Below, piece after piece: positions 38,690 to 51,043 of a stretch of 64,000 nucleotides of DNA (positions within the stretch are counted from its first letter, which is position 1; every line of letters begins with the position of its first letter). The notes below the pieces were generated by a model. That model made no database searches. It saw only the letters and a list, made by a program, of their open reading frames with translations, and was not told the origin of the DNA. The stretch covers positions 288,001 through 352,000 of the forward strand of contig JBJOMY010000001.1 in NCBI GenBank assembly GCA_046052125.1. Direction: 5' to 3'. Position numbers and translations under genes: made by a program. Source of the DNA: Cyanobacteriota bacterium. GTDB lineage: Bacteria > Cyanobacteriota > Cyanobacteriia > PCC-6307 > Cyanobiaceae.

Positions 38690-40654
38690 ATGAATCAGCG
38701 CTGGCGCACCATTGCCCTCTGGGTGCTCCCTATCGGCGTCGCCCTGTTCCTGGGTTGGCAGGTGCTCGGTAACGGTGGCGGCCGGATGGCAGCCCCGAGC
38801 GGCCCCACCGTGGCTCCTCGCAATGCAGCAGTGGCCCGCATGAGCTACGGCCGCTTCCTCGACTACGTGGATGCCGGCCGCGTCACCGCCGTTGACATCT
38901 TTGATGGTGGCCGCACTGCCGTGGTGGAAGCGGTCGACCCCGACCTCGACAACCGCGTGCAACGCCTGCGCGTGGATCTGCCCGGTCTGGCGCCTGAGCT
39001 GGTGAACAACCTCAAAGACCAGGGCATCAGCTTCGACATTCACCCGCCCCGCCAGGCTCCTCCGGCCCTCGGCCTGCTGGGCAACCTGCTCTTCCCGCTG
39101 CTGCTGATCGGCGTCCTGGTGTTTCTGTCGCGCCGCGGCAATGGCATGCCCGGCGGCCCCGGCCAGGCGATGCAGTTCGGCAAGACCAAGGCGCGCTTCG
39201 CGATGGAAGCCGAAACCGGCGTCAAGTTTGACGACGTGGCCGGTGTGGAAGAAGCCAAGCAAGACCTCCAGGAGGTGGTCACCTTCCTGAAAACCCCTGA
39301 GCGCTTCACCTCCGTGGGCGCCAAGATTCCCAAAGGCGTGCTGCTGGTGGGCCCTCCCGGCACCGGTAAAACCCTTCTGGCCAAGGCGATCGCCGGCGAA
39401 GCCGGTGTGCCCTTCTTCTCCCTCTCCGGTTCGGAGTTTGTCGAGATGTTCGTGGGCGTTGGCGCCAGCCGTGTGCGCGATCTGTTCAAGCGCGCCAAGG
39501 AAAACAGCCCCTGCCTGATCTTTATCGACGAGATCGATGCGGTGGGTCGTCAGCGCGGCGCCGGTGTGGGCGGCGGCAACGACGAGCGAGAGCAGACCCT
39601 CAACCAGCTCCTCACCGAGATGGACGGCTTCGAGGGCAACAGCGGCATCATCATCATTGCCGCCACCAACCGGGCCGACGTGCTCGATTCGGCGCTGCTG
39701 CGTCCCGGTCGATTCGACCGCCAGGTGCAGGTGGACGTGCCCGACATCAAGGGCCGTCTTTCCGTTCTGAAGGTGCACTCCCGCGATAAGAAGCTCGCCG
39801 ACGACGTGAGCCTCGAGGCGATTGCCCGCCGCACCCCTGGCTTCTCCGGTGCCGACCTGGCCAACCTCCTTAACGAAGCGGCGATCCTCACGGCCCGCCG
39901 CCGTAAGGACGCCACCAGCCTCGCCGAGATCGACGACGCTGTTGATCGCATCATCGCCGGCATGGAGGGCAAACCCCTCACCGATGGTCGCAGTAAGCGC
40001 CTGATCGCCTACCACGAAGTGGGCCATGCCCTGGTGGGCACCCTGGTGAAGGCCCACGATCCTGTGCAGAAGGTCACCCTGATTCCCCGCGGTCAGGCCC
40101 AGGGCCTCACCTGGTTCTCCCCCGATGAAGAACAGATGCTGGTGAGCCGCGCCCAGCTGCGCGCCCGCATCATGGGCGCCCTCGGCGGCCGCGCTGCTGA
40201 GGATGTGGTGTTTGGCTACGCCGAAGTCACCACCGGCGCCGGCGGTGATATCCAGCAGGTGGCCTCGATCGCGCGCCAGATGGTCACCCGCTTCGGCATG
40301 AGTGAAGTAGGCCAGCTCTCCCTGGAAGCCGGCAACCAGGAGGTGTTCCTGGGCCGCGATCTGATGACCCGCAGCGATGGCTCCGATGCCACCGCCGCCC
40401 GCGTCGACCTGGCCGTGCGCCAGATCGTGCACAACTGCTACCAGGAAACCGTGAAGCTCGTGGCCGAAAACCGCGCCTGCATGGACCGCGTGGTGGAAGT
40501 GCTGATCGAGAAGGAAAGCCTTGATGGCGATGAATTCCGCGCCCTGGTGAGCGAGTTCACCTCCATTCCCGAGAAGGAGCGCTTCTCTCCGTTCCTGAGT
40601 GACAGCGACACCAGCAAGGAAGCTGAGCCCGCTGCCGAACCGGCCCAGGCCTGA
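38690..40654 (+). CDS. ftsH: ATP-dependent zinc metalloprotease FtsH (FtsH2-type)
   Basis: [36 protein letters not shown]. Confidence 0.97.
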   Translation: MNQRWRTIALWVLPIGVALFLGWQVLGNGGGRMAAPSGPTVAPRNAAVARMSYGRFLDYVDAGRVTAVDIFDGGRTAVVEAVDPDLDNRVQRLRVDLPGLAPELVNNLKDQGISFDIHPPRQAPPALGLLGNLLFPLLLIGVLVFLSRRGNGMPGGPGQAMQFGKTKARFAMEAETGVKFDDVAGVEEAKQDLQEVVTFLKTPERFTSVGAKIPKGVLLVGPPGTGKTLLAKAIAGEAGVPFFSLSGSEFVEMFVGVGASRVRDLFKRAKENSPCLIFIDEIDAVGRQRGAGVGGGNDEREQTLNQLLTEMDGFEGNSGIIIIAATNRADVLDSALLRPGRFDRQVQVDVPDIKGRLSVLKVHSRDKKLADDVSLEAIARRTPGFSGADLANLLNEAAILTARRRKDATSLAEIDDAVDRIIAGMEGKPLTDGRSKRLIAYHEVGHALVGTLVKAHDPVQKVTLIPRGQAQGLTWFSPDEEQMLVSRAQLRARIMGALGGRAAEDVVFGYAEVTTGAGGDIQQVASIARQMVTRFGMSEVGQLSLEAGNQEVFLGRDLMTRSDGSDATAARVDLAVRQIVHNCYQETVKLVAENRACMDRVVEVLIEKESLDGDEFRALVSEFTSIPEKERFSPFLSDSDTSKEAEPAAEPAQA

Positions 40655-40680
40655 TCCACCTTCCAGCGATCCCCTTCCAG

Positions 40681-40709
40681 AGCCCGCACCCAGGTGCGGG
40701 CTTTTTTTT
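40681..40709 (+). terminator. Intrinsic terminator after ftsH
   Basis: Stem AGCCCGCAC/GTGCGGGCT followed by a T run (40702-40709). Confidence 0.85.
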
Positions 40710-40848
40710 AGCGCCGCTTACGGCAGCGGTCGGAGCAGTAGATCACTTCCTCCCATACCGTGGCCCACTTTTTGCGCCATAAAAAAGGCCTGCCGCATAC
40801 AGGGCAGACCTTGCTAGGGCGCTCTGAAGGAGGGCGCCCTTTGCCCAT
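40708..40848 (-). CDS. DUF2256-family small Cys-rich protein (46 aa; not in the ORF track)
   Basis: Manual translation [46 protein letters not shown]. Confidence 0.85.
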   Translation of the reverse strand: MGKGRPPSERPSKVCPVCGRPFLWRKKWATVWEEVIYCSDRCRKRR

Positions 40849-40858
40849 CGGCCGCTGC

Positions 40859-41449
40859 TTAGACGGCACGCACTGGACGCTTATCGATCACCTTGTCGAT
40901 CAGGCCGTATTCAGCGGCTTCAACGGGGGACATGAAGAAGTCGCGGTCGGTGTCTTCCTCGATGCGGCTGAGGGGCTGACCGGTGCGATCGGAGAGCTCC
41001 TGGTTGAGCTTCTTCTTGAGATAGAGAATCTCGTCTGCCTGAATGCGGATGTCGCTGGCCTGACCGCGGGCACCACCCAAGGGCTGGTGGATCATGATCC
41101 GCGAGTGGGTGAGGCTGCTGCGCTTGCCCTTGGCACCGGCGCAGAGCAGGAAGGCACCCATCGAGGCAGCGAGGCCCACGCACACGGTGTGAACATCGGG
41201 CTTGATGTGCTGCATCGTGTCGAAGATGCCGAGGCCGTCGTAGACGGAGCCGCCTGGGGAGTTGATGTAGAGGTAGATGTCCTTCTCAGGATCCTCAGCC
41301 TCCAGGAACAGCAGCTGAGCCACGATCCGGTTGGCGGATTCCGAGGTGACCGGCTCACCCAAGAAGATGATCCGCTCGCGCAGCAGACGGGAATAGATAT
41401 CGAACGCGCGCTCGCCCCGGCCCGACTCTTCGATCACGATCGGGATCAT
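40859..41449 (-). CDS. clpP: ATP-dependent Clp protease proteolytic subunit
   Basis: [47 protein letters not shown]. Confidence 0.96.
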   Translation of the reverse strand: MIPIVIEESGRGERAFDIYSRLLRERIIFLGEPVTSESANRIVAQLLFLEAEDPEKDIYLYINSPGGSVYDGLGIFDTMQHIKPDVHTVCVGLAASMGAFLLCAGAKGKRSSLTHSRIMIHQPLGGARGQASDIRIQADEILYLKKKLNQELSDRTGQPLSRIEEDTDRDFFMSPVEAAEYGLIDKVIDKRPVRAV

Positions 41450-41548
41450 CGACACAGGGTGCTCAACAGCTGGCGGGATCCTACTGAGCTTCAACCGAGT
41501 TCAGCGTTGCTCGCGAGCTAGGGTCCACGCACCTTGAACCATCTGGAC

Positions 41549-42220
41549 GTGGGCGCCAGCCAGACCGTTGCCGACAGCAAGCGTGTTTTCCATAGCGCCT
41601 TTCCTTATGTGATTGCCCCGATCCACCGCCGCTTGGTGGATGAACTGCTGGTGGAGCTACACCTGCTCAGCCACCAGAAGGGGTTTCAGGCCGATGGCCT
41701 CTTCGCGGTGGGCCTCACCCAGGTGTTCGACAGCTTCTCCAACGGCTATCGCCCCGAATCGCAGCGGGAGCCGCTGTTCCAGGCCCTCTGCAGCGCCAAT
41801 GGCTTTGATGCCGTGGCCCTGCGTGCCAAGGCTGATGAGGCCCGCAAGAGCGTGGGCGTGCACAGCGTGGACGAGGTGAAGGGTTGGCTCTCCAGCAAGG
41901 GCGAAGGCGCACCCGCGTTGCTCTCCAGCCTCCTCAACGAGGTGCAGCGCCCCAACTTCCACTACTCACGCCTGGTGGCCGTGGGTCTGCTCAGCCTGCT
42001 GCAGAGCGCCCAGGGCGCCGATGCCATGGATCCGCAGGCCCTTCGCAGCGCTGCCCATGAGGTGGGCGAGGCCATGGGCCTGATCAAAGACCGCGTGGAT
42101 AAAGACCTCAGCCTCTACGCCAGCAACATCGAGAAGATGAGCCAGGCGGTGGAATTGATGGAGGAAACCCTCGCCGCTGAGCGCCGCCGCCGCGAGCGGG
42201 CCGAGAGCAGCGCTACCTGA
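41549..42220 (+). CDS. psb29: Photosystem II biogenesis protein Psb29/Thf1
   Basis: TVADSKRVFH...RRLVDELLVELHLL...HYSRLVAVGL...KDLSLY. Confidence 0.9.
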   Translation: MGASQTVADSKRVFHSAFPYVIAPIHRRLVDELLVELHLLSHQKGFQADGLFAVGLTQVFDSFSNGYRPESQREPLFQALCSANGFDAVALRAKADEARKSVGVHSVDEVKGWLSSKGEGAPALLSSLLNEVQRPNFHYSRLVAVGLLSLLQSAQGADAMDPQALRSAAHEVGEAMGLIKDRVDKDLSLYASNIEKMSQAVELMEETLAAERRRRERAESSAT

Positions 42221-43463
42221 GTTGGAGGCGGCCCGCCAGGGCGCTCTGCCCTGATCCTCGGCCCTGCAGCACCAGCTGGGCCGAGCGCCGCACCACCAGC
42301 GGTAATCCCGGAGGCAGCAGCTGCTGGGCCTCCAGGAGTGACGGCTGGATCAACAGCTGCCAATCGGCACCAGCAGGAGCCTCGAGCGGCAACGCCTGGG
42401 TGGGGCTGGGGCCAAGGAACAACAGGAGCTGATCGGCGCCCAGCCAGCGCCAGCCACCAACGGTTTCACCGTCTTCACGGCTCCAGAGCGAGAGCGCCGC
42501 AGCGGGCTGGGAGCGGCTGAGGCCCTGGCTCTCGAGGGTGCGGCTCAGGTCTTGTAGCCAGCGATCCCACAGCTCCCGCTCGCCGGGCAGCCGCACCAGC
42601 AATTGCAACCCTGCCCGGTAAGGCCCCTTGGGCTGGGAGGCCAGGCGCAGCGCAAATGGTGCCGCCTGAAGCCGCCTCACCTGTTCGCTGCCGAGGCCGT
42701 AGCGCTCGGCAAGCGTGTTACGGAGCAGGGCAGTGCTGAGAAGGCCGCGCAGCAGTAGCTCCATCCGCAGCCCACGCAGCTCCAACAACTGCGAAGGCGG
42801 AGGTGGTGCGCCCAAGGAAGGAACCCCCAGGCGATCGGGGGCCGCCTGCATCGCATCGGGGCTGGCATCCGCCTCACCCTGCCAAACCAGTGCAGAGCCC
42901 TCGCTGCGCAGGACCAGGCAGCCCTGCTGGAGCGTCATCGCAAGGGGCGCCAGCGGGCCGAGCATCTGGGCCAGAGCGGCTGGATTCCAGTGCACTGCTT
43001 CGCGTTGGAGCAGATCCTGGCTGCAGCGTTGATCCAAGCCGCGGGGCGGGCGGCGGCGCAGCTTGAGCTGTTCCTGCAGCAGTTGCCGGGCCAGGGGGCT
43101 GGGAGCCACCACGATCAGATCATCCACCCGCAGGCCATTGGCCGGGAGAGGCTCGGAGGCGTTGGCGGGAAACACCAGGTAAGCGCCGGCATCGCCGTGG
43201 GGGCCCCAGAACTGCCACCAGAAGCGACGCTGCAAACGCCAGTGGCGTTCGGCCTCCTGGGGGCCGAGGCGCTGCTGCCACAGGGCTGGGGGAGGTTGGG
43301 CCGGACGGGCGGCGAAGCTCTGGAGCAGGGCCGCATCGGGCATCAACCGATCCAGGCCGCTGGCCAGCTTGCGGGGCAACAGCAACAGCAACGCGGCTGG
43401 AGCCACCAGCAGAGCGGCGGTGGTGAGGGCCGTGACCCGCAGCGGAAAGTCCTTCAGACGCAC
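42213..43463 (-). CDS. Hypothetical protein with N-terminal anchor
   Basis: Long ORF; GTG at 43463 overlaps the end of the upstream radical SAM gene. Confidence 0.65.
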   Translation of the reverse strand: MRLKDFPLRVTALTTAALLVAPAALLLLLPRKLASGLDRLMPDAALLQSFAARPAQPPPALWQQRLGPQEAERHWRLQRRFWWQFWGPHGDAGAYLVFPANASEPLPANGLRVDDLIVVAPSPLARQLLQEQLKLRRRPPRGLDQRCSQDLLQREAVHWNPAALAQMLGPLAPLAMTLQQGCLVLRSEGSALVWQGEADASPDAMQAAPDRLGVPSLGAPPPPSQLLELRGLRMELLLRGLLSTALLRNTLAERYGLGSEQVRRLQAAPFALRLASQPKGPYRAGLQLLVRLPGERELWDRWLQDLSRTLESQGLSRSQPAAALSLWSREDGETVGGWRWLGADQLLLFLGPSPTQALPLEAPAGADWQLLIQPSLLEAQQLLPPGLPLVVRRSAQLVLQGRGSGQSALAGRLQLR

Positions 43464-44695
43464 GCCGGCACAGCGCTGTAGAGCGTGGTGCGCTGACGCA
43501 CGGGGCGCTGCAGCGAACGGGCGGCAGCCTCCAGGGCATCGGCGCTCTGGGCCGTTCCGCCGAGGGCTCCGGCCGCACTGGTGATGCTCTCTTCCATCAA
43601 CGTGCCCCCCAGATCGTTGCAGCCCCAACGCAGCGCCTCGGTGGCGCCAGCGAGGGTGAGCTTCACCCAGCTGGGCTGGTGATTGACGAACCAGCGGCCG
43701 AGCAGCAGCCGAGCCTGGGCCGTGAGGGCGAGCATGTCGGTGCGGTCAGGCTGATCGCGGCCCACCCGCTGACGCAGGGGGGCAGGAGCGTGCGCGCCGA
43801 TAAAGGGGAGCAACACAAACTCGCTGAACCCGGCGTGTTGATGCTGCCAGGCCACCTGCTGCAAAGCCACCAGGGTGAGCAGATGGGCGGCGCGATGCGC
43901 CGTGGTTTCGAGATGACCAGCCATCAGCGTGGCCGTGCTCGGCAGCCCGCTGCGATGCACCTGCAGCACCACGGCGCACCACTCACGAGCCGTGAGCTTC
44001 TCAGGGCAGAGGCGCGCGCGCACCGATTCCTCCAGCACCTCCGCGGCAGTGCCCGGAATCGAGCCAAGCCCGGAGGCCATCAGTGCATCGATCACCGCTT
44101 GAAGCGGAATCTGGTCCTGCTCGGCGATAAACAGGAGCTCCTGGGGAGAGAAGGCATGCAGGTGCAGCCCAGGCGCCGCCTGCAGCAAAGCCTCCAGCAG
44201 CGCCTGGTAGTAGCGCAAGGATGAACCATCCAGCCGGGCCTCAGGATTCAGCCCACCCTGAATACACAGCTCTGTAGCCCCGAGCCCGTGGGCCTCGGCG
44301 GCCCGCTCCTGAAGCAGCTCAAAGCCATGCCAGTAGGCCCCTTCGGCGCCCGGGTCACGCCGGAAAGCGCAGAAGCTGCAGTGCTGCAGGCAGTGGTTGG
44401 TGAAATTGAGGTTGCGGTTCACCACATAGGTGACCGTGTCTCCCGCCAGCTCAGCACGCAGCTGGTCGGCCTGAAGGCGCAGAGCCTCGCTGGCCGGCTG
44501 CCGCAACAGCTGTTCAGCCAAGGCCACGGCATCAGGGCCGGTGGGGCAGTGATCCAGCTGTTCCGCGAGCTGGCTCTGGAGCGCTTCGCCCCAGCCGTTG
44601 GACCCAGCAGCATCAAGCGCGGGCGGCACTTGGGCCAACACGGCTTCAGAGGTCAGCCAGGCCCAGGGGTCAAACGACTCCCAAAGCTGGCTCAC
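43454..44695 (-). CDS. cofH: CofH-family radical SAM protein
   Basis: VTYVVNRNLNFTNHCLQHCSFCAF, PGTAAEVL, NDLGGTLMEESIT, RQRTTLY. Confidence 0.82.
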   Translation of the reverse strand: MSQLWESFDPWAWLTSEAVLAQVPPALDAAGSNGWGEALQSQLAEQLDHCPTGPDAVALAEQLLRQPASEALRLQADQLRAELAGDTVTYVVNRNLNFTNHCLQHCSFCAFRRDPGAEGAYWHGFELLQERAAEAHGLGATELCIQGGLNPEARLDGSSLRYYQALLEALLQAAPGLHLHAFSPQELLFIAEQDQIPLQAVIDALMASGLGSIPGTAAEVLEESVRARLCPEKLTAREWCAVVLQVHRSGLPSTATLMAGHLETTAHRAAHLLTLVALQQVAWQHQHAGFSEFVLLPFIGAHAPAPLRQRVGRDQPDRTDMLALTAQARLLLGRWFVNHQPSWVKLTLAGATEALRWGCNDLGGTLMEESITSAAGALGGTAQSADALEAAARSLQRPVRQRTTLYSAVPACV

Positions 44696-44874
44696 CGCAG
44701 CGCCTTGGCTTTGGAGCGAGGACGCACCGGAGTGGGTTGCTGGCGGCGGCGACGATCACGCCATTCCACCGTGGAGAGGTAGATCACACCACCGCTCACA
44801 AACACCAGCAACAACGCCGCAAGGATGGCCAGCACGTTGTTGAGCGTGAGGCCACCGACAACAACGTCGCTCAC
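44692..44874 (-). CDS. Small single-pass membrane protein
   Basis: LAILAALLLVFVSGGVIYLSTVEWRDRRRR. Starts 2 nt after the petN stop and overlaps the cofH start. Confidence 0.7.
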   Translation of the reverse strand: MSDVVVGGLTLNNVLAILAALLLVFVSGGVIYLSTVEWRDRRRRQQPTPVRPRSKAKALR

Positions 44875-44876
44875 GC

Positions 44877-44978
44877 TCAGAAGTTGATGGAGCCGTCGCC
44901 GTTACGGCCCCAGACCACCATGGCGATCGAGAAGGTGAAGACGGCGCACAGGGCGGCCCAACCCACGGTGACCAGCAT
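44877..44978 (-). CDS. petN: Cytochrome b6f subunit PetN (not in the ORF track)
   Basis: Manual translation [33 protein letters not shown]. Confidence 0.93.
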   Translation of the reverse strand: MLVTVGWAALCAVFTFSIAMVVWGRNGDGSINF

Positions 44979-45054
44979 GGAGCTGTTGCAAATGTGCCAG
45001 GAGTGTAGCCAGCGCTGGGGGCCAGACTGAAGCCCCCAAGCGGCTTGTGATCAG

Positions 45055-45336
45055 ATGGCACAACAGGCGGTGAAGGAGCGGCAGCGGGTGCAAGTCCCCT
45101 ACCCCAATGGCCGCGTGATCGTGCTCGATGACGACCACAACACCTTTCAACACGTGGTGGATGTGCTCGTGCGCTACATCCCGGGCATGCATCCGGACCG
45201 AGCCTGGGAGCTGGCCCACCAGATCGATGGCGAGGGATCAGCGGTGGTGTGGAGCGGTCCCCTGGAGCAGGCGGAGCTCTATCACCAGCAGCTCGGCGCC
45301 GAGGGGCTCACGATGGCTCCGGTGGAACGCTGTTAG
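45055..45336 (+). CDS. clpS: Clp protease adaptor ClpS
   Basis: VIVLDDDHNTFQHVV...IDGEGSAVVWSGPLEQAELY. Confidence 0.9.
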   Translation: MAQQAVKERQRVQVPYPNGRVIVLDDDHNTFQHVVDVLVRYIPGMHPDRAWELAHQIDGEGSAVVWSGPLEQAELYHQQLGAEGLTMAPVERC

Positions 45337-45358
45337 GAAACAACAGGCAGCCGCGCGC

Positions 45359-45583
45359 TCAACCGCGGCTGTGCAGCAGCAGGTTGAACAACGGCCGCGT
45401 GCTCAGCCGCCTCGACTGGGCATCGAGTACGTAGCTGAGGATCCGGCCCGAACACACGGCCAAGCCCCGCACCCGCTCTTCCCCGTGTTGCTCAAGGGAG
45501 ATCAGCTGTGTGTGAGATCCCAGTTGGCGCAGCAGCTCCCGCCGAACGAGCTCATGCCTCTCAGGATGTGCCCGGGCTGCCAT
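45359..45583 (-). CDS. Hypothetical protein
   Basis: 74-aa ORF between clpS and DUF2103. Confidence 0.55.
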   Translation of the reverse strand: MAARAHPERHELVRRELLRQLGSHTQLISLEQHGEERVRGLAVCSGRILSYVLDAQSRRLSTRPLFNLLLHSRG

Positions 45584-45648
45584 GGGGGCTGATCAGGGAT
45601 CAAAGGTTTAGCAGCAATGCCTAGGGTTGACGACCACTTGCAGCAGCC

Positions 45649-45927
45649 ATGGGCCGGCTGGTGATCACCCACAGCACCTACCTGGAGGGTCTGATCCCGC
45701 TGCTCAAGCGGCTGGTGCGTGATCCGGCGATCGACACGATCACTCCAGCCGTGATTGCGCGGGTGAAGGGCCGCGCGCCGGAACTGCGGCTGCGGGTCTC
45801 CACTCCAATCACCGGCGGCTGGAAGCTCGTGGCCCGCCGCGGCAGCAGCGCCCAGGAGGTGTTCATCGTGACCGGCCTCGAGGCCCCCGAACTTGAGCAG
45901 CGCATTGAGCAGGCCCTCAGCCGCTGA
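45649..45927 (+). CDS. DUF2103-family protein
   Basis: GRLVITHSTYLEGLIP...GWKLVARRGSSAQEVF. Confidence 0.85.
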   Translation: MGRLVITHSTYLEGLIPLLKRLVRDPAIDTITPAVIARVKGRAPELRLRVSTPITGGWKLVARRGSSAQEVFIVTGLEAPELEQRIEQALSR

Positions 45928-45932
45928 AACGA

Positions 45933-46340
45933 TCAGCCACTGAACCGCTCGCTCCAGATCGGAAACTCCGGCAGCAACGCCTGTAACTGCTGATTGGGCC
46001 CCCGATAGAAGGTTTCGAGGTGCTGTTTCACCTCCACCGGGATCTCGGCTTTGGCCCGGCCCACGTTCTCTGCAGCTGAAGCTAGAGGCAGCGGCTTGGG
46101 ATCCAGACCCAGAAAACGCTGCACCTGCGCGTAGGCCTCTTCCGGATCAGCGAAAAAGTCTTCACTGCGCAACACGAGCAACTGCTCCCGCGGATAAAAC
46201 CGCAGCACCTGCTGGATCTGCTCCGCGTATAGCCCACGCCGTTTGTAGTGATTGGGCTTGCCCTGGCCCGATGGTTCGGAGCTCATCAAGGCCTCAGCCG
46301 GGGAGTGCTGTTCCACGCCGCGTTGCACCTGATGGCCGTG
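45933..46340 (-). pseudogene. C-terminal remnant of a PAPS-dependent sulfotransferase-like protein
   Basis: YKRRGLYAEQI...YPREQLLVLRSEDFFADP...VQRFLGL...FYRGPNQQL. No N-terminal PAPS-binding loop is visible; the 5' boundary is approximate. Confidence 0.6.
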
Positions 46341-46452
46341 GTGGATGTGTGGGGTGATGGCATCAACAAGCTGGCCACGCTGGCGGTGACCAACTTCGCG
46401 GTTTACGACAACCTGTTTGGAACCTGAGCCGGCCACGGGCTGAGCGCACACC

Positions 46453-46704
46453 ATGGCCCCAGTTGTGGCTGACGTTGTGCGCTCCTCTTTAGCTCTGGCG
46501 GTGACCAGCGTGCTCGCCTTAAGCGGCGCAACGACAGCACAGGCGGTCAGCCTTGATCAGGCCTGCCAAACATTCGCCAGCAAACTCAGCGCAGCCCAAG
46601 CCTCTGGCGACAAGGACAAAGCGCAAAAGACTTACACGCAGGGCAGCAAACGCATCGCCAGCAAATTCAATGGCGCCACGTGCCCGAACGTGAAAGCGCC
46701 CTGA
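46453..46704 (+). CDS. Small putatively secreted protein with two Cys
   Basis: Signal ending AQA; mature part with QAC...ATCP. Confidence 0.6.
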   Translation: MAPVVADVVRSSLALAVTSVLALSGATTAQAVSLDQACQTFASKLSAAQASGDKDKAQKTYTQGSKRIASKFNGATCPNVKAP

Positions 46705-46712
46705 ACGAGATT

Positions 46713-46897
46713 TGGGTGAACCGCTGTGCCGTTCTGCCCCAGATTCCGACCTGGATAAACCAGAAGGGGAGTCAAAGCGAAGATTCGTTTCCGGCTACGA
46801 GGCCGGTCTACGGCACTGTCGCGACAGACGCCCCAAGTCGAAAAGGGAGTCAGATCAGAAAACTGTAGAAGGCAGTCACCAACACAGCAGTCCGCAG
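46713..46897 (-). ncRNA. ssrS: 6S RNA (SsrS/SsaA)
   Basis: Lies directly downstream of purK, the known picocyanobacterial position. Minus-strand ends pair (ACTGCTGTGTT / GGCACAGCGGT; CTGCCTT / GGGGCAG) around a pyrimidine-rich central bubble. About 185 nt; ends approximate. Confidence 0.8.
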
Positions 46898-46902
46898 AAA
46901 TC

Positions 46903-48153
46903 CTAGACCGCCTGAGCGGGTGGCAACGGCCAGATCTGCCGCACTTGATCGAGGCGTTGCATCGCCTCCTGGCGGCGTGCTTCAGGCTCGCTTTGGCGCA
47001 GCAGCACGGTCACGTGGCCCAGCTTGCGACCCACAGATGAGCCGGCCTTCCCATACCAATGCAGATGGGCATCCGCCAGGTTGCTGAGGGCCTGGCGCTG
47101 ATCCTGATACTCAGCCGCAGGGTCATCGCCGTTGCGCTCCTCAAACCCCAGCAGATTCACCATCAAGGCTCCCGGTGCCACCAAGGCGGGTTCAGCAACA
47201 CGCTCACCGGCCACACAGGTGAGCTGCAGATCGAACTGGCTCTGGGTGCAGGCCTCAATCGAATAGTGGCCGGAGTTGTGGGTGCGAGGCGCCAGCTCAT
47301 TGATCATCAAGCCGCGGGGGCCGTAGAAAAACTCGATCGAGAGCACCCCCACGTAATTGAGCGAGGTGAGCAGCGAGGCGGCCATGTTGCGCACGGATTG
47401 CTGCAAAGCGTGGCTCGCTTCAAAAGGGGCGAGAACCCAATCGCACACCTGCTGATGTTGATGGGTCTGCACCACCGGCAGACACACCACATCCCCCGAT
47501 TGATCGCGGGCGGCCACCACCGCCAGCTCCAGCTCGAAGCTCACGAACTCCTCAACGATCCAGTTCAGAGGATCGACGCGTTGCAGCAGATCCTCGAGGT
47601 CGGCATCGCTGCGCAGCACCGCCGTGCCCTTGCCGTCGTAACCGCCACTGGCGGCCTTGGCCATCAGGGGGTAGGCAAACCCCTGGGGAAGAAGCGATGG
47701 CTCCTCGGCTTTGGCTTGTGCCTGGTGATCCGCCTGATGGTGCTCATCGGCGGAGGGATCCTCCGGCTCATTCACCTGTTGCAGAGGGAACCAGGCCGGC
47801 GAAGGGAGGTTGAAGCGATTCAGCAATTCACGCTGGCTGCGCTTGCAAACCAGCGGAGCGAGGGCATTGAGATCGGGCAGAAAGCACACCCCATCGGAGG
47901 CCAGCGGCGCCAGCCCCTTGAGGTCCACCCATTCGTTTTCAAAACTGATGGCGCTGCAACGGCTGGCCAGCTCCCGGGTGGCCTGCACATCGCGCACATC
48001 GGCCTGCACCACACTGGTGGCCAAGGCCACAGCAGGGTCGTGGACGCCGGGGGTCTGCACATGCAGCTCCACGCCGCGGCGACGGGCAGCCTCAGCCAGC
48101 ATCCAGGCCAGTTGACCGCCGCCCACGATTCCAACTGATCTGGCAGCGCCCAT
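46903..48153 (-). CDS. purK: N5-carboxyaminoimidazole ribonucleotide synthase
   Basis: VGIVGGGQLAWML, GGYDGKG, NELAPRTHNSGH, WYGK..GRKLGHVT. Confidence 0.95.
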   Translation of the reverse strand: MGAARSVGIVGGGQLAWMLAEAARRRGVELHVQTPGVHDPAVALATSVVQADVRDVQATRELASRCSAISFENEWVDLKGLAPLASDGVCFLPDLNALAPLVCKRSQRELLNRFNLPSPAWFPLQQVNEPEDPSADEHHQADHQAQAKAEEPSLLPQGFAYPLMAKAASGGYDGKGTAVLRSDADLEDLLQRVDPLNWIVEEFVSFELELAVVAARDQSGDVVCLPVVQTHQHQQVCDWVLAPFEASHALQQSVRNMAASLLTSLNYVGVLSIEFFYGPRGLMINELAPRTHNSGHYSIEACTQSQFDLQLTCVAGERVAEPALVAPGALMVNLLGFEERNGDDPAAEYQDQRQALSNLADAHLHWYGKAGSSVGRKLGHVTVLLRQSEPEARRQEAMQRLDQVRQIWPLPPAQAV

Positions 48154-48214
48154 GCGCATGAGTGCTCAATGGCTCAATGTCGCATCCGCGGGGGCTGGGC
48201 GGAAGCGGGCGGGC

Positions 48215-49111
48215 TCAGCTGAAACCTTTATCGCCGGCAAAGGCAAAGCGCACCAGGCTGAGCAGCAGCACGATCACAAACAGCGCCAGGCCCACCGTGC
48301 AGGCGTAGCTGATCTCCAACTCGGCGAAGGCCTGGTCGTAGACGTAATACACCAGGGTTTTGGTGGCATCAGCAGGACCGCCCTGGGTCATCAGATACAC
48401 CTCCTCAAACACCTTGGTGGCCGCGATCGCTGAGATCACCGCCACCAAAGTCACGTAGGGGCGCAGCAGCGGCAGGGTGATGTCGAGGTGTTTGCGCCAT
48501 CCCTCACTGCCATCCAGCTCGGCCGCTTCATAGAGATCAGCGCTGATCCCCTGCAGGCCAGCCAGGAAGATCACCATGTAGTAGCCGAGTCCCTTCCAGA
48601 GGGTCACCACCATCACCGAGGGCAGCGCCAGCACGGGGTTGGTGAGGAAGCCGATGGGCTCAAAGCCATTGGGCAGGAGCGCGCTGAGCCAACCGTTAAT
48701 CAGCCCGGTTTCGGCATAGAGCCAGCGGAAGGCGATGGCGGCCACCACGATCGACACCAGTACCGGCGTGTAGAAGGCGGCGCGGAACCAGTGGATCCCC
48801 GGCAGCGAGCGGTTCACCAGCACAGCCAGAGCAAGGGAGCCGAGCACCACCGGCGGCACCACACCCACGAGATAAAGAAGCGTGGTGCCCAGCACCTTGA
48901 AGAACATCGGATCGGCCAAGAGCCGCCGGATGTTGGCCAGACCCACAAACCGCAGCGGCTCGCTCACATCCAGGCCGCTCTGGGTGAAGCTCATCACCAG
49001 AGCCATCGCCGCGGGAATCAACACCGAGAGGGCGATCAGCGCCAGCCCCGGAGCGAGGAAGCCCCAGGCCGTTGCGGTTGCGTTGCCGGTGCGAGGGGAA
49101 GGCTCAGACAT
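48215..49111 (-). CDS. Carbohydrate ABC transporter permease
   Basis: [25 protein letters not shown] loop LYEAAELDG. Confidence 0.9.
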   Translation of the reverse strand: MSEPSPRTGNATATAWGFLAPGLALIALSVLIPAAMALVMSFTQSGLDVSEPLRFVGLANIRRLLADPMFFKVLGTTLLYLVGVVPPVVLGSLALAVLVNRSLPGIHWFRAAFYTPVLVSIVVAAIAFRWLYAETGLINGWLSALLPNGFEPIGFLTNPVLALPSVMVVTLWKGLGYYMVIFLAGLQGISADLYEAAELDGSEGWRKHLDITLPLLRPYVTLVAVISAIAATKVFEEVYLMTQGGPADATKTLVYYVYDQAFAELEISYACTVGLALFVIVLLLSLVRFAFAGDKGFS

Positions 49112-49168
49112 GCAGCCAGCCGTGATCGCGCCATTGTGGGAGATCCTTCTCGATCAGCCAGTCGCCTG

Positions 49169-51007
<1,839 letters not shown>

Positions 51008-51043
51008 ACGGCCGATAGCCTCAGGCGACACCAGCGTTGTTCC

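Noticed and set aside
48488..49168. N-terminal extension of RecQ (839 aa); similarly extended SelO, SDR and oxidoreductase ORFs
   Set aside because: The extensions overlap neighbouring genes and lack family motifs; downstream starts fit better.
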